A DNA stretch of 64,000 bases from NCBI RefSeq assembly GCF_001194135.2, contig NC_068983.1:88264357-88328356 (forward strand). Reading direction: 5' to 3'. Source of the DNA: Octopus bimaculoides (Eukaryota). The notes beneath the pieces are model-generated. The model searched no databases. It was given only the letters and a program-made list of their open reading frames with translations, and was not told where the DNA came from. This document shows positions 35,670 through 48,466 of the stretch, one piece after another; position 1 is the stretch's first letter, and every line of letters starts with the position of its first letter. The position numbers and the translations under genes are program-made.

Positions 35670-36000
35670 ATCATCATTTAATATCCATGTTGCAGGCTTC
35701 TGCCCAGCCGACTCCTGTCAAACCATCCCACCCATACCAGCACAGAAGGCGAATGTTAAACAATTATGATGATGATGTTGATGATGTCCCATGCTAGCAT
35801 GAGTTGAATAGTTTGACAAGAATCTGATGGGTCCAAGGACAGCATTGTACTCCAGTGCCTGCTTTGGTATGATTTCTATGGCAGGATGCCCTTCCTAACA
35901 GCAACCACGTTACAGCATGTAGTGGGTATTTTCTTGTGCCACCGTTTATATTGATGTTGCCATACAGCTTGCAAGACTATAGAACTCCAGTGAGTGAGGG
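35670..36000. mobile_element. Two RTE family 2 tails in tail-to-tail orientation
   Basis: + CCATCCCACCCATACCAGCA..ATGATGATG, then - CCATGCTAGCATGAGTTG..GGATGCCCTTCCTAAC. Confidence 0.7.
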
Positions 36001-36105
36001 TAAGCTTTATGCTAGGAGACAAAGAGTGGTAGGGGCAGAAAAGTTCTTCTAAAGCAGCTGCATGGCTACTCACATTCAGGAGAGAGAGAGAGAGAGAGAA
36101 AGAAA

Positions 36106-36332
36106 GAATGATCTGTCAGAGCTGCAACGAGATAAATAGTAGAAATGAGGTGTCCAGGTGGTCCCTCAAGGCACAAGGTGAGTAAAAGTGAATTGGTGGA
36201 GAATTTGCAAGATTCTATGAAGAGCAGGTTATGTATGTCATGATGTATGTACATATGTATACAGTGCCTTGAAGGACCACATGGACACCTCATCTCCACT
36301 ATTTATCTCTTTGCAGCTCCTACAAATCATTC
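36106..36332. repeat. 69-bp imperfect inverted repeat with an 89-bp spacer
   Basis: 36106-36174 versus the reverse complement of 36264-36332, about 85% identical by eye. Confidence 0.88.
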
Positions 36333-36479
36333 TCTTTCTACCCTACTAAATGTGAGTACCCAAGTAGCTTATCTACAAGAACCTTCTCTGAACTCCCACC
36401 CATCACCACCTCCTCACCTATTTCAAGCTCTCATCTGCTATCTAAAGCCAAACTCTCTCCCTTGGGGTTCATAGTCTTA

Positions 36480-36690
36480 CAAGCTGCATGGTACCTCAGT
36501 AGTGCTGGTGGTACACAAAAGCACTCAGCACACATTGTAAAGTGGTTGGCACTGAGAAGGGCATCCAGCTATAAAAACCATTCCAAATAAGACATTAGAG
36601 CACAATGCAGTCCTTGGACCCATTGGATCCTGTCAAATCGTCCAACCCATACCAGCATGAAATATAGGTGTTAAATGAGGATTATATGAT
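36480..36690 (+). mobile_element. RTE family 2 tail
   Basis: GTGGTTGGCACTGAGAAGGGCATCCAGCT..CGTCCAACCCATACCAGCATG. Confidence 0.8.
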
Positions 36691-36774
36691 GAACAGCTTG
36701 ACATTATAACAGTATAGTCTGATGCTCTGCTATTGCTAATAACAATCATATGTTGATATATTATGAACAAAGTA

Positions 36775-36814
<40 letters not shown>

Positions 36815-37371
36815 CTTTTCCTTAGCAACAAAGTTTGTTCTGTTATTGTTATTTGCCATTGCTGTTGTTTATCATCACAATATGATATTTGCTGAAAACC
36901 TGTATTAAATTTACCAGTTGTTGAACAATTGTCTATCCTGAGCACCTGTCAACAGACTAATTTTTTTCTCTCCCTACTAAATTATTCCTAGTTTTTCCTC
37001 AGCTGTATTGACGTTGGACTTAAAACTATTACATTATTGATTTATATCCCTGTTTGACTTAACTGCTACAATGTTTATTATACAAGTGCTATCTCACTAA
37101 CTTCCTTCTTCACCTGCTTATTATTTGCATGTGTGGGTGTGTAACTATTTATATAAGTAAATGAATGCATGGTTATGAAGTTTTCTGTACAAATACATGG
37201 TTCTAGGTTTCATACCATTGTGATCACCTTGGATTTTTCAACACTCTGGGCTGATAAAATTAGTACTAGTCATATCCTAAAGTTAATTGAAGCATCTATA
37301 TTATCCCTACCTCTACTCTCTACATTTTTGCCTTGTACTGAGCTAATGTAAATATAAACAGTGTGATACAT

Positions 37372-37715
37372 CTTTTATCTTTTACTTGTTTCAGTAGCCA
37401 TACTGGGACACTGCCTTGAAGGGTCTTACTTGAATAAATTGACTCTAGGACTTTTTTAAAACCTAGTACTTAATTCTGTTGGTCTCTTTTGCCACTAAGT
37501 TACAGGGATATAAACACACCAACACTGGTTGTCGAAGCAGTTAGGGGGGACACAAAGACATACACATACAACAGGTTTCCTACAACTCTCATCTACCAAA
37601 TCCACTCGGAAGGCTTCGTTTGGCTTGAGGCTATAGTAGAGGACACTTGCCTGAGGTGCCACACTGTGGGACTGAACACAGGACCATGTGTTTGGGAAAC
37701 AAGCTTCTTATTATA
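37372..37715 (-). mobile_element. SINE family A, older copy
   Basis: Tail TTTTACTTGTTTCAG through head GGACACTTGCCTGAGGTGCC..GGGACTGAAC. Confidence 0.85.
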
Positions 37716-37849
37716 CAGCTGTGTATTTGCTGTTAGTAGCAGAAGCAGTCTTTATAACAAATATTAATTTGCACATCCATCTTAATTTGGATGTATTGTT
37801 AAGAATGCTGTAGACTGCAGTAATCATCCAAGGAAATCATTTCATACAA

Positions 37850-38040
37850 CACAATGGTGGTTCAAGAAATTTCGTAGCAGTGACGAGAGTCTTGAAGATG
37901 ATAAGTATAGTGGTTGGCCATCGGATGTTGACAACGATCAACTAAGAGCCTTAGTGGAAGCCAGTCTATGCATAACTGTTCGAAAGATTGCTTCTGAATT
38001 AGACGTAACATATACGACAATTTCCAACCACTTGAAGTTA
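37850..38040 (+). mobile_element. mariner transposase N-terminal HTH fragment
   Basis: QWWFKKFRSSDESLEDDKYSGWPSDVDNDQLRALVEAS..TVRKIASELDVTYTTISNHLK. Confidence 0.9.
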
Positions 38041-38717
38041 ACAGTTGGAAAATGCACTCTGGATCAAATGCTTCTTTTGGCTGTCTCCACACATACTTAG
38101 CAAGTGGTTGGAAATGAGGTAAAGGATGTTCAAGGAAATAATATTTTCCCACTGCTCTGGGGACCAGTTCTGTAGGTTTTTACTCCACTCTAGACATTTT
38201 GCAATGTTTGTTTTTGGTAGTAGTGGTTTTCTGATTGCAGCCTTCCCGTGAAATCCAGCTTTGTGCAGCTCCCGGTGAGCACTTTTTGTGGAAACTGGGT
38301 TCTCAAGGTGGTTATTAGGCTCTACAGTAATTTTGGGAGCTGTACTTTTGTGATCCTTTCTAACAATTCATGTAAGAGTCCGACAGTCCCTGTCTGAAAG
38401 TTTTGGTTTTCTTCCAGAGTTTCGTTTCGACAAGGAGGTTTTTCCCTCTTTCTCAAAGGCTGTCATTACTTTCAAGACAGTACTTCTTGATACACCAAAT
38501 ATTTCAGCTGTTTTCGTTACGCAAGTGCCTGCCATATGAGCACCTACAATTTGACCTCTTCTGATGATATCTGAAAAGAAACAGCAAATTTAGCAAAACA
38601 TATTAAGCAACACTAAAAATAAATCAAAACACATAAAAGTAAATAAGCTTTTGACAGTTTTATAGATATTTCAAAATTATAATGCTATGATGCTAGCATT
38701 ATTTTGTCTAACACCTG
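38040..38717 (-). mobile_element. Tc1-like transposon, 5' half with one terminus
   Basis: TA|CAGGTGTTAGACAAAATAATG terminus at 38717; RGQIVGAHMAG..TAEIFGVSRSTV..SGRKPKLSDRD..RELHKAGFHGKAAIRKPLL..EQWENII..YVWRQPKEAFDPEC. Confidence 0.92.
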
Positions 38718-38840
38718 TATGTATATACAGACAGACATATACACACACACATATATATGGCACAGAATCTAGGAAACTGGCCTTATGAGCTTATGGTTCA
38801 GGAACAACCTTTGATTTTTTGATAAATATACACAAACATA

Positions 38841-39262
38841 GGCGCNNNNNNNNNNNNNNNNNNNNNNNNNNNNNNNNNNNNNNNNNNNNNNNNNNNNNNN
38901 NNNNNNNNNNNNNNNNNNNNNNNNNNNNNNNNNNNNNNNNNNNNNNNNNNNNNNNNNNNNNNNNNNNNNNNNNNNNNNNNNNNNNNNNNNNNNNNNNNNN
39001 NNNNNNNNNNNNNNNNNNNNNNNNNNNNNNNNNNNNTATATATATATATATATATATGTATATGTATGTATGTGTCTGTGTTTGTCCCCCAACAACCGAT
39101 GCTGGTGTGTTTACGTCCAGCCATAACTTAGCGGTTTGGCAAAAGAGACCGATAGAATAAGTACTAGGCTTTCAAAGAATAAGTCCTGGGGTCAATTTCT
39201 TGGACTAAAGGTGGTGCTCCAGCATGGCTGCAGTCAAATGACTGAAACAAGTAAAAGAGTAA
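38841..39262 (+). mobile_element. SINE family A spanning an N gap
   Basis: GGCGC head start before the gap; complete 3' half after it. Confidence 0.8.
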
Positions 39263-40680
39263 AACACAGAACCTCTTAGTTAAAAGAGTATGCTTATAAA
39301 TAGGAAACCAATGTTTTTATCTCTTATACTTACTCACTTAGTGACCTCAGTATTGCATTAGCCAGACCAAGTTCACTTGGTACCTTGTTTACTGTCAATT
39401 AATGACCTCTACCATTCTTGCATTATGTAACAGTGTGAGAAAATCAGGCTGAAGCAAATCTTTGTTTAGATTTTTCTCCTTTTTCTCACCAGCATGAAAG
39501 CCTCTAGTTCAACTTTGTTTACATCTGATAAAGAGTGAAATGGTGGTGGTGGTGGGGTTGTTGACAAGTTGGGAGAGTGATTGTTTGTTCTGGTACACAT
39601 TCACAATGTCCAGCAATGAGGTCAATTGGGTGCATATACATTAGAAGTTGTCTTTTGGAGCAAAGCTTCTACCTTTCTGAATTGTGAATTCAATCACCTA
39701 TATCCCTACCCTACATAACCACACCGCTGTGTCTGTTCTTTATGTCTTCTATTCTATACAGGTCTTCTATTATTAATATACTGACATTTGTTTTGTGCAG
39801 CTAAGTGTGTTTTCATTTTCTTCACAGTAACTGGTAACAGCTTGGTTGATTCATTACATCATCATCATCTACACCATTATCCTGATCATTTTTGTCATCA
39901 TCATCTTCATCATGTACATAGACCAAACAAATAAAGTTGGAAATTAGTCTAAAATGCATAGAAATATACTATAGTTGCGTAGTTGTCCAACCCATGTCAG
40001 GGTGGACAACAATGAAACTAATTGGAGTGGTTGCAATTAGTGAGGAGAATAAAGATGTTAATGAAAAGTGGTGTTGGTAGCATTAAATAATGGTAAATTT
40101 TAAGAAATTAACAGGGAATCTGAAACAGTAATGGAAAACCTTAGTGCTAAAAGTTAACTCTAGCTTTATATTTCTTACATTGCTTTATTTCCACTTATTT
40201 CATCAGTGGGTGTTGTCAGCTTTGATATAAGACAAGGGTGATATTATTAATGGTGGTTTCCATCAGTTGACCTTTAGGTAAGTTGATGTTATTAGTATAT
40301 AGCCTCTTTGTGGTGGCGATTTTTTTTTTTAAACAATAATGATCTGACAGAATAATGCTAATCTTCTTTTATGAATAAATTATAACTAATTTGGTGTCAG
40401 CTGATTTCTTGTAAAACTCGTTTACTACATAGTTATCCTCTTTTTCAGTACTGCTGCTGCTGCTATTATTATTTTTACATCAGCATCACCACCATTCTTA
40501 ATAATGTCCTTTAACCAAAATACAGACACCTAGAGATGCAAGAATCACAGTTCAGAGCTGTTTGCTCTGAATTGTGATTCTTATCAGCTCCACCCTATCA
40601 CATAACTACATATCTAATCAACCACACACAGCTAGGCACACATCATAATGCAGCTGACCCCTCTCTCTCTCTCTCTCCCC

Positions 40681-40729
<49 letters not shown>

Positions 40730-41024
40730 CACACATACCAAAATAACTGCAACATCAACTTACTATGACCAAATTCATCAGATGGGTAACCAAATTAAAG
40801 CTAACATGCATTAACCAATCAAAATACTTTTCCCATCTCCATTGCAGCTACCCTAGACCCTTCAGTCCTACAGAAACAAAGGCAGATTAGAATGTGCAGC
40901 CTTGTCTCAGCAGAGATATCTCGGATAAAAGACCTGCTCACTTTTTAATATTTCACAAACCATAAATCTTTCTAGACAATTAAACTTCATTCTTCCATAT
41001 TGTATGGAAATATCTATTTATAAA

Positions 41025-41195
41025 CTAACCCTTTAGTATTCAGATTATTCTGTCAAATGTAATGCTTATTTATTCACATTGTTTTGGATTACTCATAGCT
41101 TTCAAATTTTTGATGATATGATTGTTTATTTTTAGAGTGATGATGTAGAATAGATGGGAGAGTTTGAACATAAAATAGTAGAATATTTGGGCCGG
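41025..41195. mobile_element. Partial TTAA-type MITE
   Basis: TAACCCTTTAGTATTCAGATTATTCTGTCAAATG terminus; other terminus not seen. Confidence 0.5.
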
Positions 41196-41214
41196 ATATA
41201 ATATTATTAATAAT

Positions 41215-41740
41215 AACTGTTTCTAAATAAGGCATAGCACCAGCATTTTGGATGGGTTAGTTGATGCCATCAACAGTATTTGACTGGTATTGTATTCTAT
41301 CAATCCAGAAAGGATGAAAGACAAATTTGACCATGTCAGGATTTGGATTCAGAGTTCAAAGAAATACTGCATGGTATTTTTTTTTTTTTTTTCCAATATT
41401 CTAACACTTCTGCCAATCCAGTAACAATGGTTTCTTACTAAACCAGTAATTGGGGAAAAGGAACAAAAGTTGATTATATCAGTCAACAATACTTAACTGG
41501 CACTGAGTTTATCAACTTCAGCAGGCTATAAACTCAGAATGAAGGGGATCTAACTAAATACTACAAGGTATTATGTTCAATATTTTAACAATTCTGCCAA
41601 TCTACCACCTTCATAATAAAAATAATAGTAATTTTTCACATTAGCACAAAGTCAGAAATTTGGGGAAGAGGTATATCCAAGTAAATATACCCTAGTTATG
41701 ACTTAAGATTTGAACTCAAAACATATAGGGTTACTACTGA
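41215..41740 (-). mobile_element. Head-to-tail cluster of about three decayed SINE family B copies
   Basis: Repeated units ..GAAAGGATGAAAG..TTTGA..CAGA..AAATACT..TTCTGCCAATC. Confidence 0.75.
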
Positions 41741-43513
41741 ATATCAAGAGGTATTTTCTTGGAACAAAAGATGGTCAGCTTTTCAAGGTGCCCTAATTCT
41801 CTGAAACAGCAAGCAGCTGAACGACCTGGGAATCTTGATGCCCAAATTAATATATCTGCAAAACTGGCATACTGGGGAATTAATCACCTCACTGCAATTA
41901 ATTGGCTGATAGACAAGACTCTAGTAGACACATCCAAAGATAATCTCAGCAGAAGCATTTGTTACAGACTCACCTACCAATAGAAGTAGAAGGCCTGGAA
42001 ATCAGGAAATCATCTGACTTTGACCTACTAAGATATTTCATCATTGCCTTCTAAAGCACTTAAGTTGATAGGACAATTTCCAATATCTCAAGGATCCCCC
42101 TCATCTATAGAACGTACTATGTTTGTTTTGGTGTTGAAACTATACTGATGTTCAAAAAGAAGCGATGTAATTGGGACAATACATGTCAAAAGACATACAG
42201 AGTATGAGGTTGTAGGTGCACAGAAGAAACAAGGCATTCACAGTTGGTGGCACAAGTTTGGTATGGTTTCTAGTACATTTGCATCTTTGTGTCCTAAATT
42301 GGTTCCAAGCCAGACAGCAATATCTTCCTAATTGGTGTAACTCTTCACATCGACCCAGATATATGTCAAATGATTAAGTGTAGTTGTAATTGCAATACAT
42401 ACCATATGCTGATGTAAAATTTTATTGGTTATTTCAGTGAGTCAGTAGCTAGGTGATGCTCCTGATTCACTAAGATAATCAAATGATCTCCAACATTTTA
42501 AGGTATATCAGCAATCTTTGTGCCCACTAGACTGAGTCACAAATCTAGATAACTGGTTTTTTACATACTTCTTATAACAACTCAGAGGGTGCAATTCATC
42601 CAGTGAGTACTTTGACAAGGGTCAATGATAGCAAGTGACTTAAGTGATATGTGTTTAGCAAGAACTACTAGACACGTGTCTCTTTGAACTAGAGACAATT
42701 GAAACAACTGGCATCACCAGAGCAAAAATAGTTGAAGTGACAAGGGAAATTATTGGCAGTCCCAGTTTTTCCTTTGTATACATCTGCAAATATATGTAGA
42801 TGCTTCTCTGTTTACTGTAACTTTTTTCCTTTAGAGTTTCTCTCGCTCTCTCGTATATATATATTATCATTATCATTTAATGTCCATCATTCATCCTGGC
42901 ATGGGTGGACAGTTTGGTACACTAAGCTCCATTGTCTGTTTTGGCATGGTTTTTACAGATGGATGCCCTTCCTAATGCCAACCATTTTACATATATTTAT
43001 ATATTTCATCATCATCATCAATCTAATGTCTACATGTCCATACTTGCATGGATCAGATGAAACTTCATTCAAATAGAACTTTCTATAGCTAGACATCTTT
43101 CCCAATGCCATTTTTCACTGGTTTCCTACTAAGGTAATAATCTCGCAGTGTGTCTTTTGTTAGCAAATCAAAAATGCAAGAAGATATGCACTCAAGTCAT
43201 ACACACACATATGTATGTGACCCTTTTGAGCAATGCTGCTGAGATGCCTGGAAAAATACATAAGGTGATGTCAATGAATGAAAACAAAGAGAAAAGATAA
43301 TCTGTTACCTTATAGAGGTTGTTTAATGATCCAATAATATTTTAGGTAGATTAAATCTTTTCAGACAGAAGGAAATAAAAGAGTTTGAAGAAATGTGTTG
43401 TTATCAGCAGGCCATTCTAGAGTGTTGTGACAAAAGGCAGGTATATGTAATGGGATTAATATTATATATAATACTAGTGTGATTTGGTATCATATATTCC
43501 TATAGTGCATATA

Positions 43514-43577
43514 CAGCGTTCTTCCCACATGCATGCCATGTGTATATACACATGGCATGCATGTGGGAAGAACGCTG
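43514..43577. repeat. Perfect 64-bp palindrome with no spacer
   Basis: CAGCGTTCTTCCCACATGCATGCCATGTGTAT|ATACACATGGCATGCATGTGGGAAGAACGCTG. Confidence 0.97.
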
Positions 43578-44023
43578 GCAAGACATGCAACATGAAGGAA
43601 GCATGGATGTCAGTAGTAGAAAATGTAAAATAGAGTTATAAGTTGTTAAAAGAATGTGCATTTATGAAGCAATGAAAAATTACTACCCAAATAATTATCA
43701 ATAAATTATAATATATACACACTTTGATGAATTTTTAATACAACTTGTATTTGTTACTAAACACAATATCATTGTAAACACCATTATCCTATCTACATTT
43801 ATGTGTAGTAAAAAACTGAGCCCATCTCATTCACATTATTGTCACCTTCTTGATGCAAACTGAACAAAAGAAATGTATTATTTATTTATAACATGTCATA
43901 ATGTAATCAAATATTGTTACATACAAAATGAAACTGAAGCGAAGTAAGCCATTATTTAGATATTTAAAAAGAATATAATATTAATATTACTTATGTTAAA
44001 GCAATGGGCATACCTACACAAAT

Positions 44024-44499
44024 GTGCCCCACTGACTTCATTTCCAAATAACTTTCAGAAATATGGATATATTTTAATGAAATTTTCTACCAATATGCTT
44101 CAGATCAAAATTTGTCATGAAAAATTTTTTCCAGGTGTAGAGAGAGGAATTTCAGAGAATTCACATGAGTCAGTTTTGTTTCCTCATAACTATCAGAAGA
44201 ATGGGTGTTTTTAAATGAAATGTTCTACAAATACCATTCAGAGTGTGTAAATTTCGGTTATATAAGAATTTGAGGTGAAAAAAGAAATAGTGAGTACACG
44301 CACATACATATTGATACACATTACAAGTTTTTTCAAAATTGAAGTTTCATATGTGATGTGTGCCAGTATACATGTTGGCTATCTCACCATTTTTTTCATA
44401 TTAAATTCCAGTATAATTATAATGTACACACTCTGAAAGGTATTTGTTGAAAATTTTCTGGAAGTTATGTGGAAATAAAGATATGGTGGGGAGGGGCAC
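44024..44499. mobile_element. Non-autonomous DNA transposon-like element with imperfect terminal IRs and subterminal repeats
   Basis: GTGCCCC..TTCATTTCCAAATAACTTTCAGAAA versus TTTTCTGGAAGTTATGTGGAAATAAA..GGGGCAC; internal unit near 44049 and 44186 direct, and inverted near 44420-44480. Confidence 0.6.
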
Positions 44500-44769
44500 T
44501 CATGTTTGCTGGAATCATATGAGCTTCAGACAAAATGCCTTGTGTTATTTCATCAGGTTCTTTATGTTTTGATTTCAAATCCTGCTTAGGTCAACTTTGC
44601 TTTTCATTCTCTTAGGGTTGGGTTCTTGAGTAAGTGTTATCAACCAGTCCCTTCCACTTGAAAACTGCAAGTTTTGTACTTACATTAGAAACAATTATTA
44701 AAGTTTGTAGAATGGCAGAATCATTACATCATAAAAAAATACCTTGTATTTCTTTTTAGTCTTTACTTG

Positions 44770-45132
44770 GTTTATCTTGTATATTTTATCTTTTACTTGT
44801 TTCAGTCATTAGACTGTGGCCTTAAAGCATTTTTGTCGAATGTATTGGACCCCAGTACTTATTCTTTGTTAAGCTGGGTATTTATTCTTTCAGATCTCTT
44901 TTGCCACTAAGTTATGGGGACGTAAGCACACCAACACCAGTTGTCAAGTTGTAGTGGGGGACAGACACAAAGACATACACACACACATAAATATTTGGGC
45001 TTCTTTCAGTTTCCACCTACCAAATCAACTATCGCCCAAGGCTACAGCAGAAGACACTTGCCCAAGGTGCCATACAGTGGGACTGAACTCAAAACCACCT
45101 GATTAGGAAGCAAGCTTCTTACCACACAGCCA
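44770..45132 (-). mobile_element. SINE family A, full length
   Basis: Tail TCTTTTACTTGTTTCAGTCATT to head CTTCTTACCACACAGCCA. Confidence 0.88.
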
Positions 45133-46309
45133 ATTAAATGTTGGGATTCATGGTCCCTTCACTTTAAAATTATTGGCCTTACCTAAATCAGAAACTTATC
45201 ATTATTTAGGGTTGTTGTGTGCAGAATCATTTGGATATTGAGAAAATGCTTTGTGCTATTTTTCCAACTCTTTGTTCAAATCCCAGCTTTCCCTTGCATC
45301 CCTTTGGAATTGTTAAAGTACTAGAATCAAATTAATCAAGAAGTGTGCCTATTTTTAGAAGCAGTTATTATTATCATCCATAATCTCTGCTAGACCTGCC
45401 TAATCCTGTTGCCACAACAAGAGAGCTCATCCAGAACTAGAAACATTTTCCTAAAAACATTAAAACCATCTGGAAAAATAATCATTAAACTTTGACCCAC
45501 AACTCCTCCACAAAAGCTGTGGAAGCCTTGAAATTTCAATAATATTTTATGGCTGCTGTTGAAATTTCACTAATAGTTGCCATTGTTATGGTGAAAATTA
45601 TGATAATTTCTCCATTTACTGTGAATTACAATTACACAGTCTGCAATAAGAAAAGGTCAAATAAACAACATTTATTTAATTGTTATTTTCTTATTGCTAT
45701 TGGCCACCTTGAGAATGGGAAGTTTGAATGTTTCCCACAGCAATGTAAAAATGTTTGACTTGTTTACAAGGAGGTAGTCATTGTAAAAACTGTGTTTATA
45801 CACACACACACACTATTATAAAGTTTATTTCTTCGCATCTCTTTCCTTTCCTGACACTCCACCACCTTTTCCTCACAATGCTTCTATTAATTTCTCTTTA
45901 CTACCGCTATAATCTCCCTCACTCTATCTACCTCTCTAACTCACTCACATTGGTCATTATCACTTTACATGTATTGTACACTCATAGGACATGTCCAAAC
46001 CTGCTACTATTGATTAATATTGTCTTTCATGTCAAGTTACACAGTCCAGAAATTCTTCTGCTTTACATGAGCTTACTTTCACAAAGTTTCCCTGAACAGG
46101 GACCTCTTGAGTTTGAAAGTATACCACCCTTAAAGCCAATATTCAAGTTAGTTTTATGATTGTTTTAAGGTTTGAAATCTTCATTAACGTTAATATAATT
46201 ATCATTATTACATCAGGTGGTTGTCCAGTTATAAAAATTATTGCTTCCACAAGTGAAGCATCCCACCCATGCAAAGCATGAACATATTATTGTAAATCAA
46301 TAGAAAACA

Positions 46310-46461
46310 GTAAATCACCATCTTCAAATTCCTCCAAGGTCGACTTTACCTTTCATCCTTTTGGGGGTCAATAAAATAAGCACTAGTTGAGTACTGGGGT
46401 CGATGTAATCAACTAATCCCCTCCCCTAAAATTGCTGGCCTTATGCCAACATTTGAAACTA

Positions 46462-46495
<34 letters not shown>

Positions 46496-47080
46496 CATCA
46501 TCATCATCATCATTATTATTATTATCATTATTATTATCATTAAGAAGGCAGAATCGTTAGCACACTGGGCAAAATTTTTAGTGGCATTTCCTCCATCTTT
46601 ATGTTCTGAGTTCAAATTCTGTCAAGGTCGACTTTGCCTTTCATCCTTTCGGGGTTGATAAAATAAGTACCAGCTATGCACTGGGGTTGATATGATCAAC
46701 TAGCCCCTCCCCCAAAATTTTAGGCCTCAGGCCTTTAGTGAAAAGGATTATTATTATTATTATTAGATTCATTAATGCATCATTGGAATTATATCATGGT
46801 ATTTCTTCCAGTTCTGTATGTTCTGAGTTCAAACTTTGCTTGATCAGCTGTATTTTATCAACCACAAAAAGTTGAAAAGCAAAGTACTACTGAAGTACTG
46901 GAGCCAATGTAACTGACTTACTATCTCCTCCCAAAATTGCTGGCCTTGTGCCTAAATTAAAACAGTTAAGCACAGTGAATTAGCTGAATTGTTAGTGTTA
47001 GACAAAATATAGTTGTAGCTATATGTGTGACTCTTTACATCCTAAGTTCAAATCCTGCACTAGTCAGTTACTGGAATGTG
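46310..47080 (+). mobile_element. Head-to-tail SINE family B array separated by (ATT)/(ATC)n tracts
   Basis: GGTCGACTTT(A/G)CCTTTCATCCTTT near 46340 and 46628; further decayed copies near 46820 and 47040; long (ATT/ATC)n at 46462-46540. Confidence 0.88.
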
Positions 47081-47444
47081 TGCGTATGTGTGTGCATGCA
47101 TGCATATGTGTGTATGAGTGTATACTCACTAACTCTAACTCTGTTCATGGTGAAGCATAATATTTTTTTGGAAAAACCATGTTTTACATGGTCTGAAAAA
47201 GAAAGACAGTTTGGTCACAGCTGGAATGGCTTTGAGTTTAAGTGCAGCCAATTAGAGTTAACAGCAATGAGGCACTTTGAAATATTGCCAGATTCTGAAA
47301 TTTTGTTGCAAATGTCATCATATAGCTACAACTAACAGTACAATACTGTGCAGTATTCGTCTTAGATTTTCATAGCTGAAATACATCTTAGTGTTCCTCA
47401 GAGTAATTTAGCTTTATTTTCCTTTAGTTAGGGAAAAGTGTGAT

Positions 47445-47660
47445 CATCATCATTGTTTAATGTCTGCTTTCCATGCTGGCATGGGTTGGACGGTTTGACT
47501 AAGGACTGGCGAGCCAGATGGCTGCACCAGGCTCCAATCTGATCTGGCAGAGTTTCTACAGCTGAATGCCCTTCCTAATGCCAACCACTCCAAGAGTGTA
47601 GTGGATGCTTTTAGGTGCCACTGGCACAAGAGCCAATCAGGCAGTACTGGCAACGGTGAT
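47445..47660 (-). mobile_element. RTE family 2 tail
   Basis: (CAT)n..CCATGCTGGCATGGGTTGGACGG..GCCCTTCCTAATGCCAACCACTCC. Confidence 0.9.
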
Positions 47661-47858
47661 GGTCAGACTAATATATTGTACAACCAGCCCAATAATCTTG
47701 TGTTCAAATCAAATGCAAATGTTTATTTCTGTCTCTGTGTTTGATAAGTGCCAATGCACAAAGCTCTCAGACCGCAAGTCACTCTGTTACTTCTGCTGAA
47801 TATTAATAAAAATGTACAGGTGCAGGGGTGACTGTGTGGTAAGAAGATTACTTCTCAA

Positions 47859-48082
47859 AGGCGGTGAGCTGGCAGAAACGTTAGCAAGCCGGGCAAAATG
47901 TTTAGCGGTATTTCGTCTGCTGTTACGTTCTGAGTTCAAATTCCGTCGACTTTGCCTTTCATCCTTTCGGGGTCGATAAATTAAGTACCAGCTACGCACT
48001 GGGGTCTATATAATCGACTTAACCCCTTTGTCTGTCCTTGTCTGTCCCCTCTATGTTTAGCCCCTTGTGGGCAATAAAGAAA
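47859..48082 (+). mobile_element. Young full-length SINE family B with a 19-bp target-site duplication
   Basis: TAAGAAGATTACTTCTCAA at 47840-47858 and 48083-48101; GGCGGTGAGCTGGCAGAA..GAGTTCAAATTCC head. Confidence 0.95.
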
Positions 48083-48380
48083 TAAGAAGATTACTTCTCA
48101 ACTACATGGTTCCAGGTTCAGTCCCACTGTGTGGCACCTTAGGCAAGTGTCTCCCGCTATAGCCTCAGGCCAACCAAAGCCTTGTGAGTGGATTTGGTAG
48201 ACAGAAACTGAAAGAAGCCCGTCATATATATGTATATATATATATATTTATATATGTAAGAAATTGAGATTCAGTTGAATTAAGTACTTAAGTTGAAGCA
48301 CCAAGTCAGTCCGGTATTATCCACACAGCTTGAAGTAAGGTGAATAAAATCAAAATAAGTAACAGGATATCAAGTAGTGA

Positions 48381-48466
48381 TGCAGTACGACCGTTTCAAG
48401 CGGCTTCTTTTAATTGAACAATGCAATCATTACATCAATTCAAATGTAGTGCCATCTTCAGCTGCA
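48381..48466 (-). ncRNA. Type I hammerhead ribozyme candidate (dimer-type helix III)
   Basis: UGCAG-CUGAAGA-[57 nt with GGC/GCC and AAUUGA/UCAAUU helices]-GAAA-CGGUCG-UA-CUGCA. Helix I UGCAG/CUGCA; helix III ACGGUCGU is self-complementary; helix II closure is non-canonical. Confidence 0.65.

Noticed and set aside
42659-42800. 46-codon + strand ORF QELLDTCLFELETIETTGITRAKIVE.. as the missing linking exon
   Set aside because: Weak acceptor and no credible phase 1 donor.
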